64,000 nt of DNA from Oscillospiraceae bacterium (GCA_017434755.1 JAFRER010000016.1:86391-150390), one strand, 5' to 3'. Shown: positions 16,513 to 24,911, numbered from the stretch's first letter. Translations and numbers: made by a program. The notes: a model not told the origin generated them from the letters alone.

Positions 16513-16725
16513 ATGAAACTCAGCGCAAGGAATCAGTTCAAGGGAACCGTCGTCGGTATCGAGGAAGGCGCCGTGAACGGCATCGTCAGGATCGATATCG
16601 GCGGCGGCAACGTGATGAGCGCCACCATCTCCATGGCGGCGATCAGGGAGCTCGGCCTTGAAGTGGGCAAAGAGGCCTACGCCGTGGTAAAAGCCACATC
16701 CGTCATGGTGGGCGTGGAGCACTGA
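16513..16725 (+). CDS. Molbindin (Mop/TOBE single-domain molybdate-binding protein, 70 aa)
   Basis: MKLSARNQFKGTV..V...ATIT..A...L.L..G....A..KA..V is the classic Mop/TOBE sequence. Confidence 0.9.
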   Translation: MKLSARNQFKGTVVGIEEGAVNGIVRIDIGGGNVMSATISMAAIRELGLEVGKEAYAVVKATSVMVGVEH

Positions 16726-16743
16726 TCATCCGAACAGACATGC

Positions 16744-16776
16744 AAAAACAGAGCGGAGAGATCCGCTCTGTTTTTC
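16744..16776. terminator. Bidirectional terminator between the convergent molbindin and xdhC-like genes
   Basis: Stem ACAGAGCGGA / TCCGCTCTGT with a 4-nt loop, flanked by A5 and T5. Confidence 0.8.
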
Positions 16777-16794
16777 TGTGCGCTTTTTGTGTTT

Positions 16795-17826
16795 TCAGCC
16801 CTCGCAGGCGTCCTCGACGAGCACTTTCATCAGCCCGCCGCAAACCATGCCGTCCGATTCGGCCACCTCGCCGGTAAGGTCGATGTCCACGATCTTGTAG
16901 CGCCCGGTGCCGATGATCCGTACCGCGTCCTGGATGACGGCCGCCTCGCTGCAGCCGCCGCCGATGCTGCCCGTGACCTTGCCGAGAGGGCTCACGGCCA
17001 TCTTGGCGCCTGTGCCGCGGGGCGTGGAGCCCTTGGTTTCGATGACGGTGACGATGGCCTTGGGATCATGATTCTCCGCGAAGTAATGCAGAGTGCTCAG
17101 CTCCACGTCGGAATCGTTGCAGTAACGGCCCGGGTCGCCGTGCTCGGGAAGGCGCTTGTAGGCGATGACCTCGGAGAGGATGGAGACGGCGATCTCTCCC
17201 GGCGTGACGGCGCCGATGTTAAGTCCTATGGGGGTGCAGATCTTCGCAAGACGGTCGGGATCAAAACCCTCGTCTTTCAGCATCTGAAGGAGACCCGTTG
17301 TGCGTCTTCTCGATCCGATCATGCCAAGGTAGGCAGGCATAGTGCCGGGAAGGAGGACACGCAGACAGTCGGCGTCGTGCCGGTGGCCGCGGGTGATCAC
17401 TACCACATAATCGAAGGGCGTGACGGCGAGCTTCGTTATGCCGTTTTCAAAGCTGTCGCATATCACCTCGGCGGCCTCGGGGAAGCGGGCGCGGTTTGCA
17501 AAATCCGGCCTGTCGTCCACCACGCAGACGGTGAAGCCGCAGGCGGCTCCGAAGGAGCAGACGGGCAGGGCTATATGACCCGCACCGAGAACGATCAACC
17601 GCTCCTGCGGCAAAACGGGTTCCCGGACACAAAGGCCATCCTCCGTTTTCTCCGCAGTCACGCGGGCGAAGCTCCTGCCCTTCGCGTCCGTGACGGGCGT
17701 GACGCCTGTGAGCTGCCTTATGAGTCCGCCTTTTACCTCGCCGGATTCGCCCTTTATGACCGTTTCAAGGGACACGGCTTTGTTTTCGGCCAGTTTATTG
17801 AGTATTTCCTTATAAATGTTCTCCAT
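16795..17826 (-). CDS. XdhC/CoxI-family Moco insertion/sulfuration accessory protein (atypical domain order)
   Basis: Rossmann-like LIVLGAGHIALPV...VVDDRP in the middle. Cys-containing XdhC_CoxI-type domain (TVIETKGSTPRGTGAKM...GSIGGGCSE...) at the C-terminus. I place the start at ATG 17826 (MENIYKE). Confidence 0.8.
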   Translation of the reverse strand: MENIYKEILNKLAENKAVSLETVIKGESGEVKGGLIRQLTGVTPVTDAKGRSFARVTAEKTEDGLCVREPVLPQERLIVLGAGHIALPVCSFGAACGFTVCVVDDRPDFANRARFPEAAEVICDSFENGITKLAVTPFDYVVVITRGHRHDADCLRVLLPGTMPAYLGMIGSRRRTTGLLQMLKDEGFDPDRLAKICTPIGLNIGAVTPGEIAVSILSEVIAYKRLPEHGDPGRYCNDSDVELSTLHYFAENHDPKAIVTVIETKGSTPRGTGAKMAVSPLGKVTGSIGGGCSEAAVIQDAVRIIGTGRYKIVDIDLTGEVAESDGMVCGGLMKVLVEDACEG

Positions 17827-17837
17827 ATCGGTGACCT

Positions 17838-18884
17838 CTATTCTATTACGGTTTTTCCCAGGATCCTGTTGATTTTTTCCTTTATCTGCAGCGCTGTCTC
17901 CAGCCGGCATGCGTGGGCTTCCATCGCCTCCCGCGTCAGGCAGCGCGATGCGCTGCCCGCAAACCGCTCCTCGATCGTGACGCGCCGTTCCCCTTCGAAG
18001 CATTTATCCGCCAGGAAGACGATGGCGGCTTCGTCCAGCTGTGTGCCTTCAAGGTCATGGTGCCGGCGGATGATCTCGGCGACGGCAGGGTAACCCAGTT
18101 CGAGAAGCCACTCTGCTCCGGCTTCGGGATGGTGTTTCCGTGCCCGCGCAATGTCGTGGATGAGAGCGGAGCTTCTGACAAGCGGGGTACTGAGCTGCAA
18201 ACCCGCCCCCGTCAGCATGCCGCAAAGTCCGGATGCAAGATCCGCCACGGCTCTGCAATGTGCTTTGAGAGCATCATCCGCGTCTGCCGCGCTCATCATG
18301 GCGTCACACACCTCATCCCGAAGTCCGGGATGGGGCTGCCTTCCGATCTCCGTGACCTTCAGCCCGTTTACGCCGTACTCCGCAACGGAAACACTGGCCC
18401 ATCCGAGCATCTCACGGCAGCCCGTGACGGTGGAGATGCTGCTCTTGTGGGCGACGACGGCAATGTCTCCATCACTTTCAGCAAGGCAGCGGGCGACCGC
18501 TTCCCGGAATCTTTCAGCCATGTGTTCCAGCGTCTCAGCACCTTCCGGGAGGGTATAGGGATCATGCTCCCTTATTGCATAGAGTTCCGGCCAGCCGGTC
18601 CTGATCTCGGTGAAGGAGAGCCCGTCCCAGACACCCATATCCTGTTCCTCAAGGCCCGGGATCGTCACCGGGGAGGACGAAATGGCAAGAGCCGTTTCCC
18701 GGCTGCGGCTCAGACTGCTGCAGAAAACGGCGTTCAGGCCCTTCAGATCCGGTTCAAAACGAAGGAGAGAAGCCTGTATCTTCCCGTATGACCCGAGCGG
18801 AATGTCGGTTCTGCTGCCGACACACCATCTTTCTCCGAAAGGAATGTCCGGTCTGGCATGACGGATAAAGAAAACCCTGCGCAT
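17838..18884 (-). CDS. Fusion protein: histidine phosphatase (CobC/PGM-like) N-domain plus HD-domain phosphohydrolase C-domain
   Basis: N-terminal RHARPD...VVAHKSS (catalytic His motifs). C-terminal ...LIHDIAR...HH... (HD motif). The start codon shares 1 nt with the upstream stop (TGATG). Confidence 0.8.
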   Translation of the reverse strand: MRRVFFIRHARPDIPFGERWCVGSRTDIPLGSYGKIQASLLRFEPDLKGLNAVFCSSLSRSRETALAISSSPVTIPGLEEQDMGVWDGLSFTEIRTGWPELYAIREHDPYTLPEGAETLEHMAERFREAVARCLAESDGDIAVVAHKSSISTVTGCREMLGWASVSVAEYGVNGLKVTEIGRQPHPGLRDEVCDAMMSAADADDALKAHCRAVADLASGLCGMLTGAGLQLSTPLVRSSALIHDIARARKHHPEAGAEWLLELGYPAVAEIIRRHHDLEGTQLDEAAIVFLADKCFEGERRVTIEERFAGSASRCLTREAMEAHACRLETALQIKEKINRILGKTVIE

Positions 18885-19807
18885 CAGAACAGTCCCTCAA
18901 AATAAGAATCGAAAAGCTCCGCGGCATGATTGCGAAGCTCTTCGGAGAAGGCCTCGTAGCGCTCGAGCAGGAGTTTTCCGTCATCGGTGAGGCTGCTTTT
19001 GCCTCCGCCGGTCCCGCCCTGGCTGCGCTCGATAAGGGTGCGGCAGAGCTGGCTTTCCAGCGTGCGGATCACGTTCCAGCCGCTGGAATAGGACATCTGC
19101 ATCCGCTGGCACGCGCTGCGCACGGACCGGGTCTCATCTATGAGACGGAGGAGCATGGCGGCTCTTCCGTCAAAAAACACCTTTTCCCGTGCGAGAGAGA
19201 CGCTGAGCACGGGACGGACCAGCTGGTCGTTGTGGTATTTCAGCAGGGCCCGGTAATCCTCGGGGGTGTCCGCATCGTGCAGAATGCCCTTGTCTTCGAC
19301 AGGGACCTTCTCCATCTTCGCTCCGCTGCGGTCGAGCGCACCGCGAAGGCCTTCGGTGCCGCTGTCAGACAGGATGGCATCAAATAGGGAAGAGGAGATG
19401 AGGGTGGGATGGCCGGTCTCTCCTTCAACGCTCGGACAGGCCAGGGGAGAATCCGTCTCCAGAAGGGCGCGCACCGTTGCCGCGGTAAAAAGCGGGATGT
19501 CCACAGGCGTGAAGAGCACCCTGTCGCACTTGTCGCGCAGATAGCGCAGGCCGATGCATACGGAGTCGAACATCTGGGTGGTCCTATATTCCTCGTTTCG
19601 TAGGAACACGATACCATTTCCACTCAGATGCCGCTCAAGAAGTGTGGCGTTATAGCCGGTGATCATTACGATCTTCTCCACGCCGGCCTGCTTGAAGGTG
19701 GCCACCACGCGCTGGGCGATGGAGATGGAGCCGATATTGAGCATGGGCTTGAAGTCCCCCATGCGGGAGGACATGCCCGCGGCAACGATGAGAGCGGCGT
19801 TCGTCAT
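18884..19807 (-). CDS. MobA/MocA-like molybdenum cofactor nucleotidyltransferase fused to a ModE-N-terminal-type winged HTH
   Basis: N-terminus LIVAAGMSSRMG..KPML...TPVDIP. The C-terminus FFDGRAAMLLRLIDETRSVRSACQRMQMSYSSGWNVIRTLE...ERSQGGTGGGKSSLT aligns by eye to the E. coli ModE DNA-binding domain. Confidence 0.85.
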   Translation of the reverse strand: MTNAALIVAAGMSSRMGDFKPMLNIGSISIAQRVVATFKQAGVEKIVMITGYNATLLERHLSGNGIVFLRNEEYRTTQMFDSVCIGLRYLRDKCDRVLFTPVDIPLFTAATVRALLETDSPLACPSVEGETGHPTLISSSLFDAILSDSGTEGLRGALDRSGAKMEKVPVEDKGILHDADTPEDYRALLKYHNDQLVRPVLSVSLAREKVFFDGRAAMLLRLIDETRSVRSACQRMQMSYSSGWNVIRTLESQLCRTLIERSQGGTGGGKSSLTDDGKLLLERYEAFSEELRNHAAELFDSYFEGLF

Positions 19808-20565
19808 GGTCTTTGCTCCTTTTTATAAGGGAAGAACGGGCAGTCACGCCCGATGCATTCTCTGTTTTCGGACATATAGGTACAGCGGACATCGCTCAAA
19901 GGCATTTCGATGCCGAAGTGTTCCGCCGTGTAGGCTGCTGCCTCTTTTATGCAGAGCCTGCCGGTGCGCTTGCAGCAGCGCGGGCCGCCGACCTCGGCTA
20001 TCTTCGCGAGGCAGCGTGAGGTGAGGCGCATGGGGACAGGCCAGGCCTCCTTGTTCAGGGGAGTTGATCCCGTGAGCACACTCATATAGATCCCGGCTCC
20101 GGCAGCGGCACCGCATACGCCCCAGAAGCCGCATGCGCCGCCGGGTACCTGATGGCCCCGGCTCAGGGCCGCGGAGAGCATCTGCTTCAGGTCGCCCTCG
20201 CCGCCGCAGTTATGCCAGGCGGCAAGCAGGACGCAGGGAACGATCGCGTGATGCTCCGGCCCGTGCATATGTACCTGCGGGAGGGTGATCACCGACTCGA
20301 AGAGCTTCAGAGGATCTTTTTCGTCGCTTTGGAGCAGGAAGGGGACGAAAAACTGATCGAGTCCCGCGGCATGGCAGGCGTTGCAGACAAAATGACCGTC
20401 CTCGCAGACAGCATCGGAAAGAGCCTCCTGCCCGCATACGGAGCAGCGGCGGGGCACAGCTATGAGTTCATAACGCAGCGGTTTTCCGCAGAGCATGCAG
20501 CCGGAGAAGGCTTCTTTCTTCGTGGCGCGTCCGCCTCTGCCGGGAATCTCGCAGCAGCCGGCCAT
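19804..20565 (-). CDS. Cys-rich protein of unknown function (N-terminal Zn-ribbon-like CxxC pairs, GACGFWGVCGAAAGAG core; possibly DUF5714)
   Basis: 253 aa with more than 20 Cys. ATGA overlap with the downstream NTP-transferase gene. The family name is from memory only. Confidence 0.7.
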   Translation of the reverse strand: MAGCCEIPGRGGRATKKEAFSGCMLCGKPLRYELIAVPRRCSVCGQEALSDAVCEDGHFVCNACHAAGLDQFFVPFLLQSDEKDPLKLFESVITLPQVHMHGPEHHAIVPCVLLAAWHNCGGEGDLKQMLSAALSRGHQVPGGACGFWGVCGAAAGAGIYMSVLTGSTPLNKEAWPVPMRLTSRCLAKIAEVGGPRCCKRTGRLCIKEAAAYTAEHFGIEMPLSDVRCTYMSENRECIGRDCPFFPYKKEQRP

Positions 20566-20716
20566 GTTTTCACCTCATTTTTACGTTTCATTTAACAGAT
20601 ATCGTATTTTATACAGTATAACCGATTGTTTTTTATTTGTAAATCGACGGAGCCTGTTTTTTCGTGCATCCGGGAGCGGTTCGTGGTATGATGACGGAAA
20701 GAGAGGCGGGGTGGAT

Positions 20717-21664
20717 ATGGATATCTTTATATACGGCACCGGCTGCGGAGCCGGAGACCTTGTGGATGAGGCGCTTCCGATCGAGAAAGTGACGGCCTTT
20801 GTCGACCGTGAGGGCGGCCGGTTCCTCGGAAAGCCGGTGATCACGCTTTCGGAACTTGCCGGTCGGGACTTCGACCTTCTGATCGTGGCCAGCCGGGACG
20901 CGGAGCATGTGGAAAGGGAATGCGGAAGACTGGGGATCGATCCCGGAAAGCTGTTTTTCCTCCGGAACCACATGAAGATCGTCGACAGAAACCGCAGCTA
21001 TGAAACGGCACGCGCCCTGCTCGGGGACAGATTCATTGACCGGATGATACACGCCGAAAAGCTCATACGCACACCGCTCTGGACGGAGAAGGAGCGCATC
21101 GCCGGACCGGGATCGGATAACGACTACGTGCGCCTAAAGACCCTGGAGGCCATCTGCATGCGGCTGGAAGGCGTGAAGGGAGCCGCGGCGGAGCTCGGCG
21201 TGAACAAAGGCGGCTTTGCCCGCTGGATCAGCGAGCTGCTGCCGGACAGGACGCTCTTTCTTTTCGATACGTTTTCGGGCTTCGACCCGCAGGAGAGCGC
21301 AGACTGCGGCGAGGGCTTCAAAGAGGCCCACCGCAAGGCGGCGGCGGAGAAAGTGCTTGCCGTCCTCCCGCATCCCGAGCAGGCGGTGATCCGCCGGGGC
21401 CTGTTCCAGGAAACCGCGCAGGGCCTGGAAGAGGAGCGATTTGCTCTGGTCTCGCTGGACGCGGATCTGGAGGAGAGCACGCTGGCGGGGCTTCGCTTCT
21501 TCTTCCCGCGGATGAGAGAGGGCGGCTATATGCTGCTGCACGACTGGAACAATCCGAAGCTGCCGGGCGTGAAACGCGCGCTGGAGCGATTTGAGGCGGA
21601 GTACGGAAGGCTGCAGGCCGTGCCGCTGTGCGACGTGAACGGGACGCTGGTGATAACTGTTTAA
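20717..21664 (+). CDS. TylF/MycF-like class I SAM-dependent methyltransferase with an N-terminal Rossmann-like extension
   Basis: Motifs ELGVNKGG...LFLFDTFSGF...SLDADLEEST...MLLHDW. Start ATG 20717 follows the RBS GAGAGG. The annotated longer ORF begins in the divergent promoter region. Confidence 0.8.
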   Translation: MDIFIYGTGCGAGDLVDEALPIEKVTAFVDREGGRFLGKPVITLSELAGRDFDLLIVASRDAEHVERECGRLGIDPGKLFFLRNHMKIVDRNRSYETARALLGDRFIDRMIHAEKLIRTPLWTEKERIAGPGSDNDYVRLKTLEAICMRLEGVKGAAAELGVNKGGFARWISELLPDRTLFLFDTFSGFDPQESADCGEGFKEAHRKAAAEKVLAVLPHPEQAVIRRGLFQETAQGLEEERFALVSLDADLEESTLAGLRFFFPRMREGGYMLLHDWNNPKLPGVKRALERFEAEYGRLQAVPLCDVNGTLVITV

Positions 21665-21716
21665 TGTGTTAATAATGACGGTTTTGCACAGGTGAAATTT
21701 ATACAGTGTATACAAA

Positions 21717-21747
21717 AAGCAATTCGCAAGTTCTGCGAATTGCTTTT
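21717..21747 (+). terminator. Rho-independent terminator
   Basis: Perfect 11-bp stem AGCAATTCGCA / TGCGAATTGCT with a 5-nt loop and a T4 tail. Confidence 0.8.
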
Positions 21748-21756
21748 CATTACAAG

Positions 21757-21786
21757 TTGGTACTTCCTTTTTTTGAAGAGTATAAT
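21757..21786 (+). promoter_or_regulatory. Probable SigA promoter of the MOP operon
   Basis: TTGGTA (21757-21762), 18-nt spacer, TATAAT (21781-21786). Confidence 0.55.
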
Positions 21787-21829
21787 ATAAATGTCTCATA
21801 ATGTGCCAAAAAAGAGGGGGGTGATCCCG

Positions 21830-22084
21830 ATGGGGGACGAACTTTTCGAGATCGTTGCGCACGAGGTGACCGTGGAGGTCCGTGATGAGAAAACGGGAGA
21901 GATCTTCCGCAGGGAGCTGCCCATCGATTACTTCGAGAACGCAAACTTTCTCCGCCTTAGCGGCGAGAATCTGGACGGGAGCCTTTCCCAGCTGGTGTTC
22001 TATACGCCGCGCGGGATCGAGCGTGTGAAGGACGTTTCCGGCAAGGGCCCGGACCACGACCGCTGCGGCGGGCACAGCCACTGA
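21830..22084 (+). CDS. Small hypothetical protein (84 aa) with a C-terminal Cys/His tail
   Basis: Start ATG 21830 follows the strong RBS AGAGGGGGGTGA. The ATG at 21791 sits immediately after the -10 box, so it is unlikely to be the start. The protein ends ...GPDHDRCGGHSH. I recognised no family. Confidence 0.55.
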   Translation: MGDELFEIVAHEVTVEVRDEKTGEIFRRELPIDYFENANFLRLSGENLDGSLSQLVFYTPRGIERVKDVSGKGPDHDRCGGHSH

Positions 22085-22154
22085 GCATCAACAGGCGCAA
22101 TACCCTTTAAGGGAAAAAATAAAAAATTTATTATAATAATCAGGAGGAAAACGC

Positions 22155-24911
22155 ATGATAAGAAAAACACTTGTCATCAACGGCGTCACCAGAAACCTTG
22201 TCCTGGAACAGGACGAGACCCTTGCAAAGGTTCTGCGTGAGCATCTGCTGCTGACCGGCTGCAAGATCGGCTGCGGCGAAGGCCACTGCGGCGCCTGCAA
22301 CGTCATCATGAACGGCAAGGTCACCAAGTCCTGCATCTACAAGATGAGCAAGGTACCCGATGGCGCCGAGATCACCACCATCGAAGGTGTCGGCACCCTG
22401 AGCGACATGCACCCCCTGCAGGTTGCGTGGATGGCCCACGGATGCGCACAGTGCGGCTTCTGCACACCGGGCTTCATCATCAGCGCAAAAGTGCTTCTTG
22501 AGAACAATCCCAGCCCCACCAGAGAAGAAGTCCGCGACTGGTTCAACAAACAGCGCAACCTCTGCCGCTGCACCGGATACAAACCCCTCATTGACGCGGT
22601 CATGGATGCAGCTGCCGTTCTCCGCGGCGAGATGAGCAAGGAAGACCTCGTCTTCAAGCCCACCGGCGACAGCATCAAGGGAACCAAGTACATCCGTCCC
22701 TCTGCTGCCCAGAAGGTCACCGGCACTTGGGACTTCGGTGCTGACGACGCACTGAAGATGCCTGGCTGCCTGCGTCTGGCCCTCACACAGGCGAAGGTCT
22801 CCCACGCGAATATCAAGAACATCGACACTTCCGAAGCCGAGAAGATGCCCGGCGTCGTGAAGGTCATCACCTACAAAGATATCCTCGCTGCAGGCGGCAC
22901 CAACCAGATCAACGGCCTGGTCATGCTTCCGAAGCACAACAAGACCGACGGATTTGAGCGTCCCGTGCTCTGCTCCGATAAGATCTTCCAGTTCGGCGAT
23001 GCCATCGCAATCGTCGCGGCCGACACCGAAGAGCATGCACGCGCTGCTGCCGATGCGGTCAAGGTCGATATCGAAGAGCTCCCCGCATACATGAGCGCAC
23101 TCGACGCCATGGCTCCCGACGCCATCGAGATCCATCCGGGCACTCCGAACGTCTTCTATGAGACGAACTGCATCAAGGGACCCGACTTCGACTGGGACAG
23201 CGTTCCCGACAGCCAGCAGATCGAGATCGAGAGCTACTGCAGCCGTCAGCCCCACTTGCACCTCGAGCCGGACAACGGCTACGGCTATATCGATGAGGAC
23301 GGAATGGTCACCGTTCACTCCAAGTCCATCGGTATCCACCTGCATATGCCGATGATCGCAGCCGGTATCGGCGTTCCCATGGAGAATCTCCGTATCATCC
23401 AGAACCACGCCGGCGGCACCTTCGGCTACAAGTTCTCACCGACCAACGAAGCTCTTATCGGCGCTGCCGCCAAGATCATCGGCAAGCCCGTCTCCCTGAA
23501 CTTCAACCAGTTCCAGAACATAACCTACACCGGCAAGCGCAGCCCCGCCTTCATGCACATCAAGCTCGCTGCCGACAAGAACGGCAAGCTCCTTGCTCTC
23601 TGGGGCGACAACTATGTCGACCACGGCCCGTACTCCGAGTTCGGCGACCTGCTCACCATGCGTCTGAGCCAGTTCACCGGCGCCGGATTTGACATTCCCT
23701 CCATCCGCAACAAGAGCCAGACCGTGTTTACGAACCATGCATGGGGCTCCGCCTTCCGTGCCTACGGTTCCCCGCAGTCCTTCATGGGCTCCGATATCGC
23801 CATCGATTGCCTGGCTGCCAAGATGGGCATCGATCCGTTCGAGATGCGCGCCATGAACTGCTACAAAGAGTCTGCCAAGTCCACCATACCCACGGGCTAT
23901 GCGCCTGATGTGTACTGCGAAGAGGACCTCTTCAACAAGGCCCGCCCGCTGTATGAGGCCGGCAAGAAGAGAGTTGCGGAAAAGAACGCAGCCTCCGACG
24001 GACGTTACAAATACGGCATAGGCGTATCCCTCGGCGTATACGGATGCGGACTTGACGGCGTCGACGCCTCCTCCGCGAAGCTGAGACTCAACGCTGACGG
24101 AACGGTCACCCTCTTCGTATCCTGGGAGGATCACGGACAGGGCGCTGACATGGGCGCACTTGTTTCCACGCACGAGACACTGCGTCAGGCCGGCTTCAAG
24201 CCCGAGCAGATCAAGCTCGTCATGAACGACACCAAGTACACGCCGAACTCCGGTCCTGCGGGTGGCTCCCGTTCCCAGGTCATGTCCGGCAACGCCTGCC
24301 GTCTCGCCGCCGAGGCCCTCGTAGCCGAGATGAAGAAGGATGACGGCAGCTTCCGTACCTATGACGAGATGGTCGCCGACGGCAAGAAGCTCGAAGTGGA
24401 AGGCAACTGGGTCACCACCTACTGCGCGGATCATCCCGTTGATCAGGATACCGCCCAGGGCGAACCCTTCGCCACTTACATGTACTCCATCTTCCTCCCC
24501 GAAGTATGTGTCGACACCCAGACCGGTAAGGTCAAGGTCGAGAAGTTCACCTGCGTTGCCGACGTCGGCACCATCATGAACAAGCTCCTCGTCGACGGCA
24601 ACTTCTACGGCGGACTCACCCAGGGCATCGGACTCGCCCTCAGCGAGGACTTCGAGGATCTGAGCAAGCACACCAGCCTCCTCAAGTGCGGCATCCCGTA
24701 TCCGAACGATGTTCCGGACGACATCGAGCTCGTGTACAACGAGACCTACCGTCCGAACGGACCTTACGGAGCGGCCGGCTGCGGCGAGGCACCTCTGGAT
24801 GCTCCTCACCCGGCAATCCTCAATGCCATCTTCAACGCCACCGGCGCCAGGATCACCCGTATCCCGGCACGTCCGGAGAATGTTCTTGCGGCGCTGAAAG
24901 AGCTCGGCTGA
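22155..24911 (+). CDS. mop: MOP-type aldehyde oxidoreductase (xanthine oxidase family, 2x[2Fe-2S] plus molybdopterin-cytosine-dinucleotide domain, no FAD domain)
   Basis: 918 aa. Near-colinear by eye with Desulfovibrio gigas MOP: CKIGCGEGHCGACNV, CAQCGFCTPG, RDWFNKQRNLCRCTGYKPLIDAVMDAAAV, VSHANIKNIDTSEAEKMPGV, WEDHGQGAD, GLALSEDFED. Confidence 0.92.
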   Translation: MIRKTLVINGVTRNLVLEQDETLAKVLREHLLLTGCKIGCGEGHCGACNVIMNGKVTKSCIYKMSKVPDGAEITTIEGVGTLSDMHPLQVAWMAHGCAQCGFCTPGFIISAKVLLENNPSPTREEVRDWFNKQRNLCRCTGYKPLIDAVMDAAAVLRGEMSKEDLVFKPTGDSIKGTKYIRPSAAQKVTGTWDFGADDALKMPGCLRLALTQAKVSHANIKNIDTSEAEKMPGVVKVITYKDILAAGGTNQINGLVMLPKHNKTDGFERPVLCSDKIFQFGDAIAIVAADTEEHARAAADAVKVDIEELPAYMSALDAMAPDAIEIHPGTPNVFYETNCIKGPDFDWDSVPDSQQIEIESYCSRQPHLHLEPDNGYGYIDEDGMVTVHSKSIGIHLHMPMIAAGIGVPMENLRIIQNHAGGTFGYKFSPTNEALIGAAAKIIGKPVSLNFNQFQNITYTGKRSPAFMHIKLAADKNGKLLALWGDNYVDHGPYSEFGDLLTMRLSQFTGAGFDIPSIRNKSQTVFTNHAWGSAFRAYGSPQSFMGSDIAIDCLAAKMGIDPFEMRAMNCYKESAKSTIPTGYAPDVYCEEDLFNKARPLYEAGKKRVAEKNAASDGRYKYGIGVSLGVYGCGLDGVDASSAKLRLNADGTVTLFVSWEDHGQGADMGALVSTHETLRQAGFKPEQIKLVMNDTKYTPNSGPAGGSRSQVMSGNACRLAAEALVAEMKKDDGSFRTYDEMVADGKKLEVEGNWVTTYCADHPVDQDTAQGEPFATYMYSIFLPEVCVDTQTGKVKVEKFTCVADVGTIMNKLLVDGNFYGGLTQGIGLALSEDFEDLSKHTSLLKCGIPYPNDVPDDIELVYNETYRPNGPYGAAGCGEAPLDAPHPAILNAIFNATGARITRIPARPENVLAALKELG

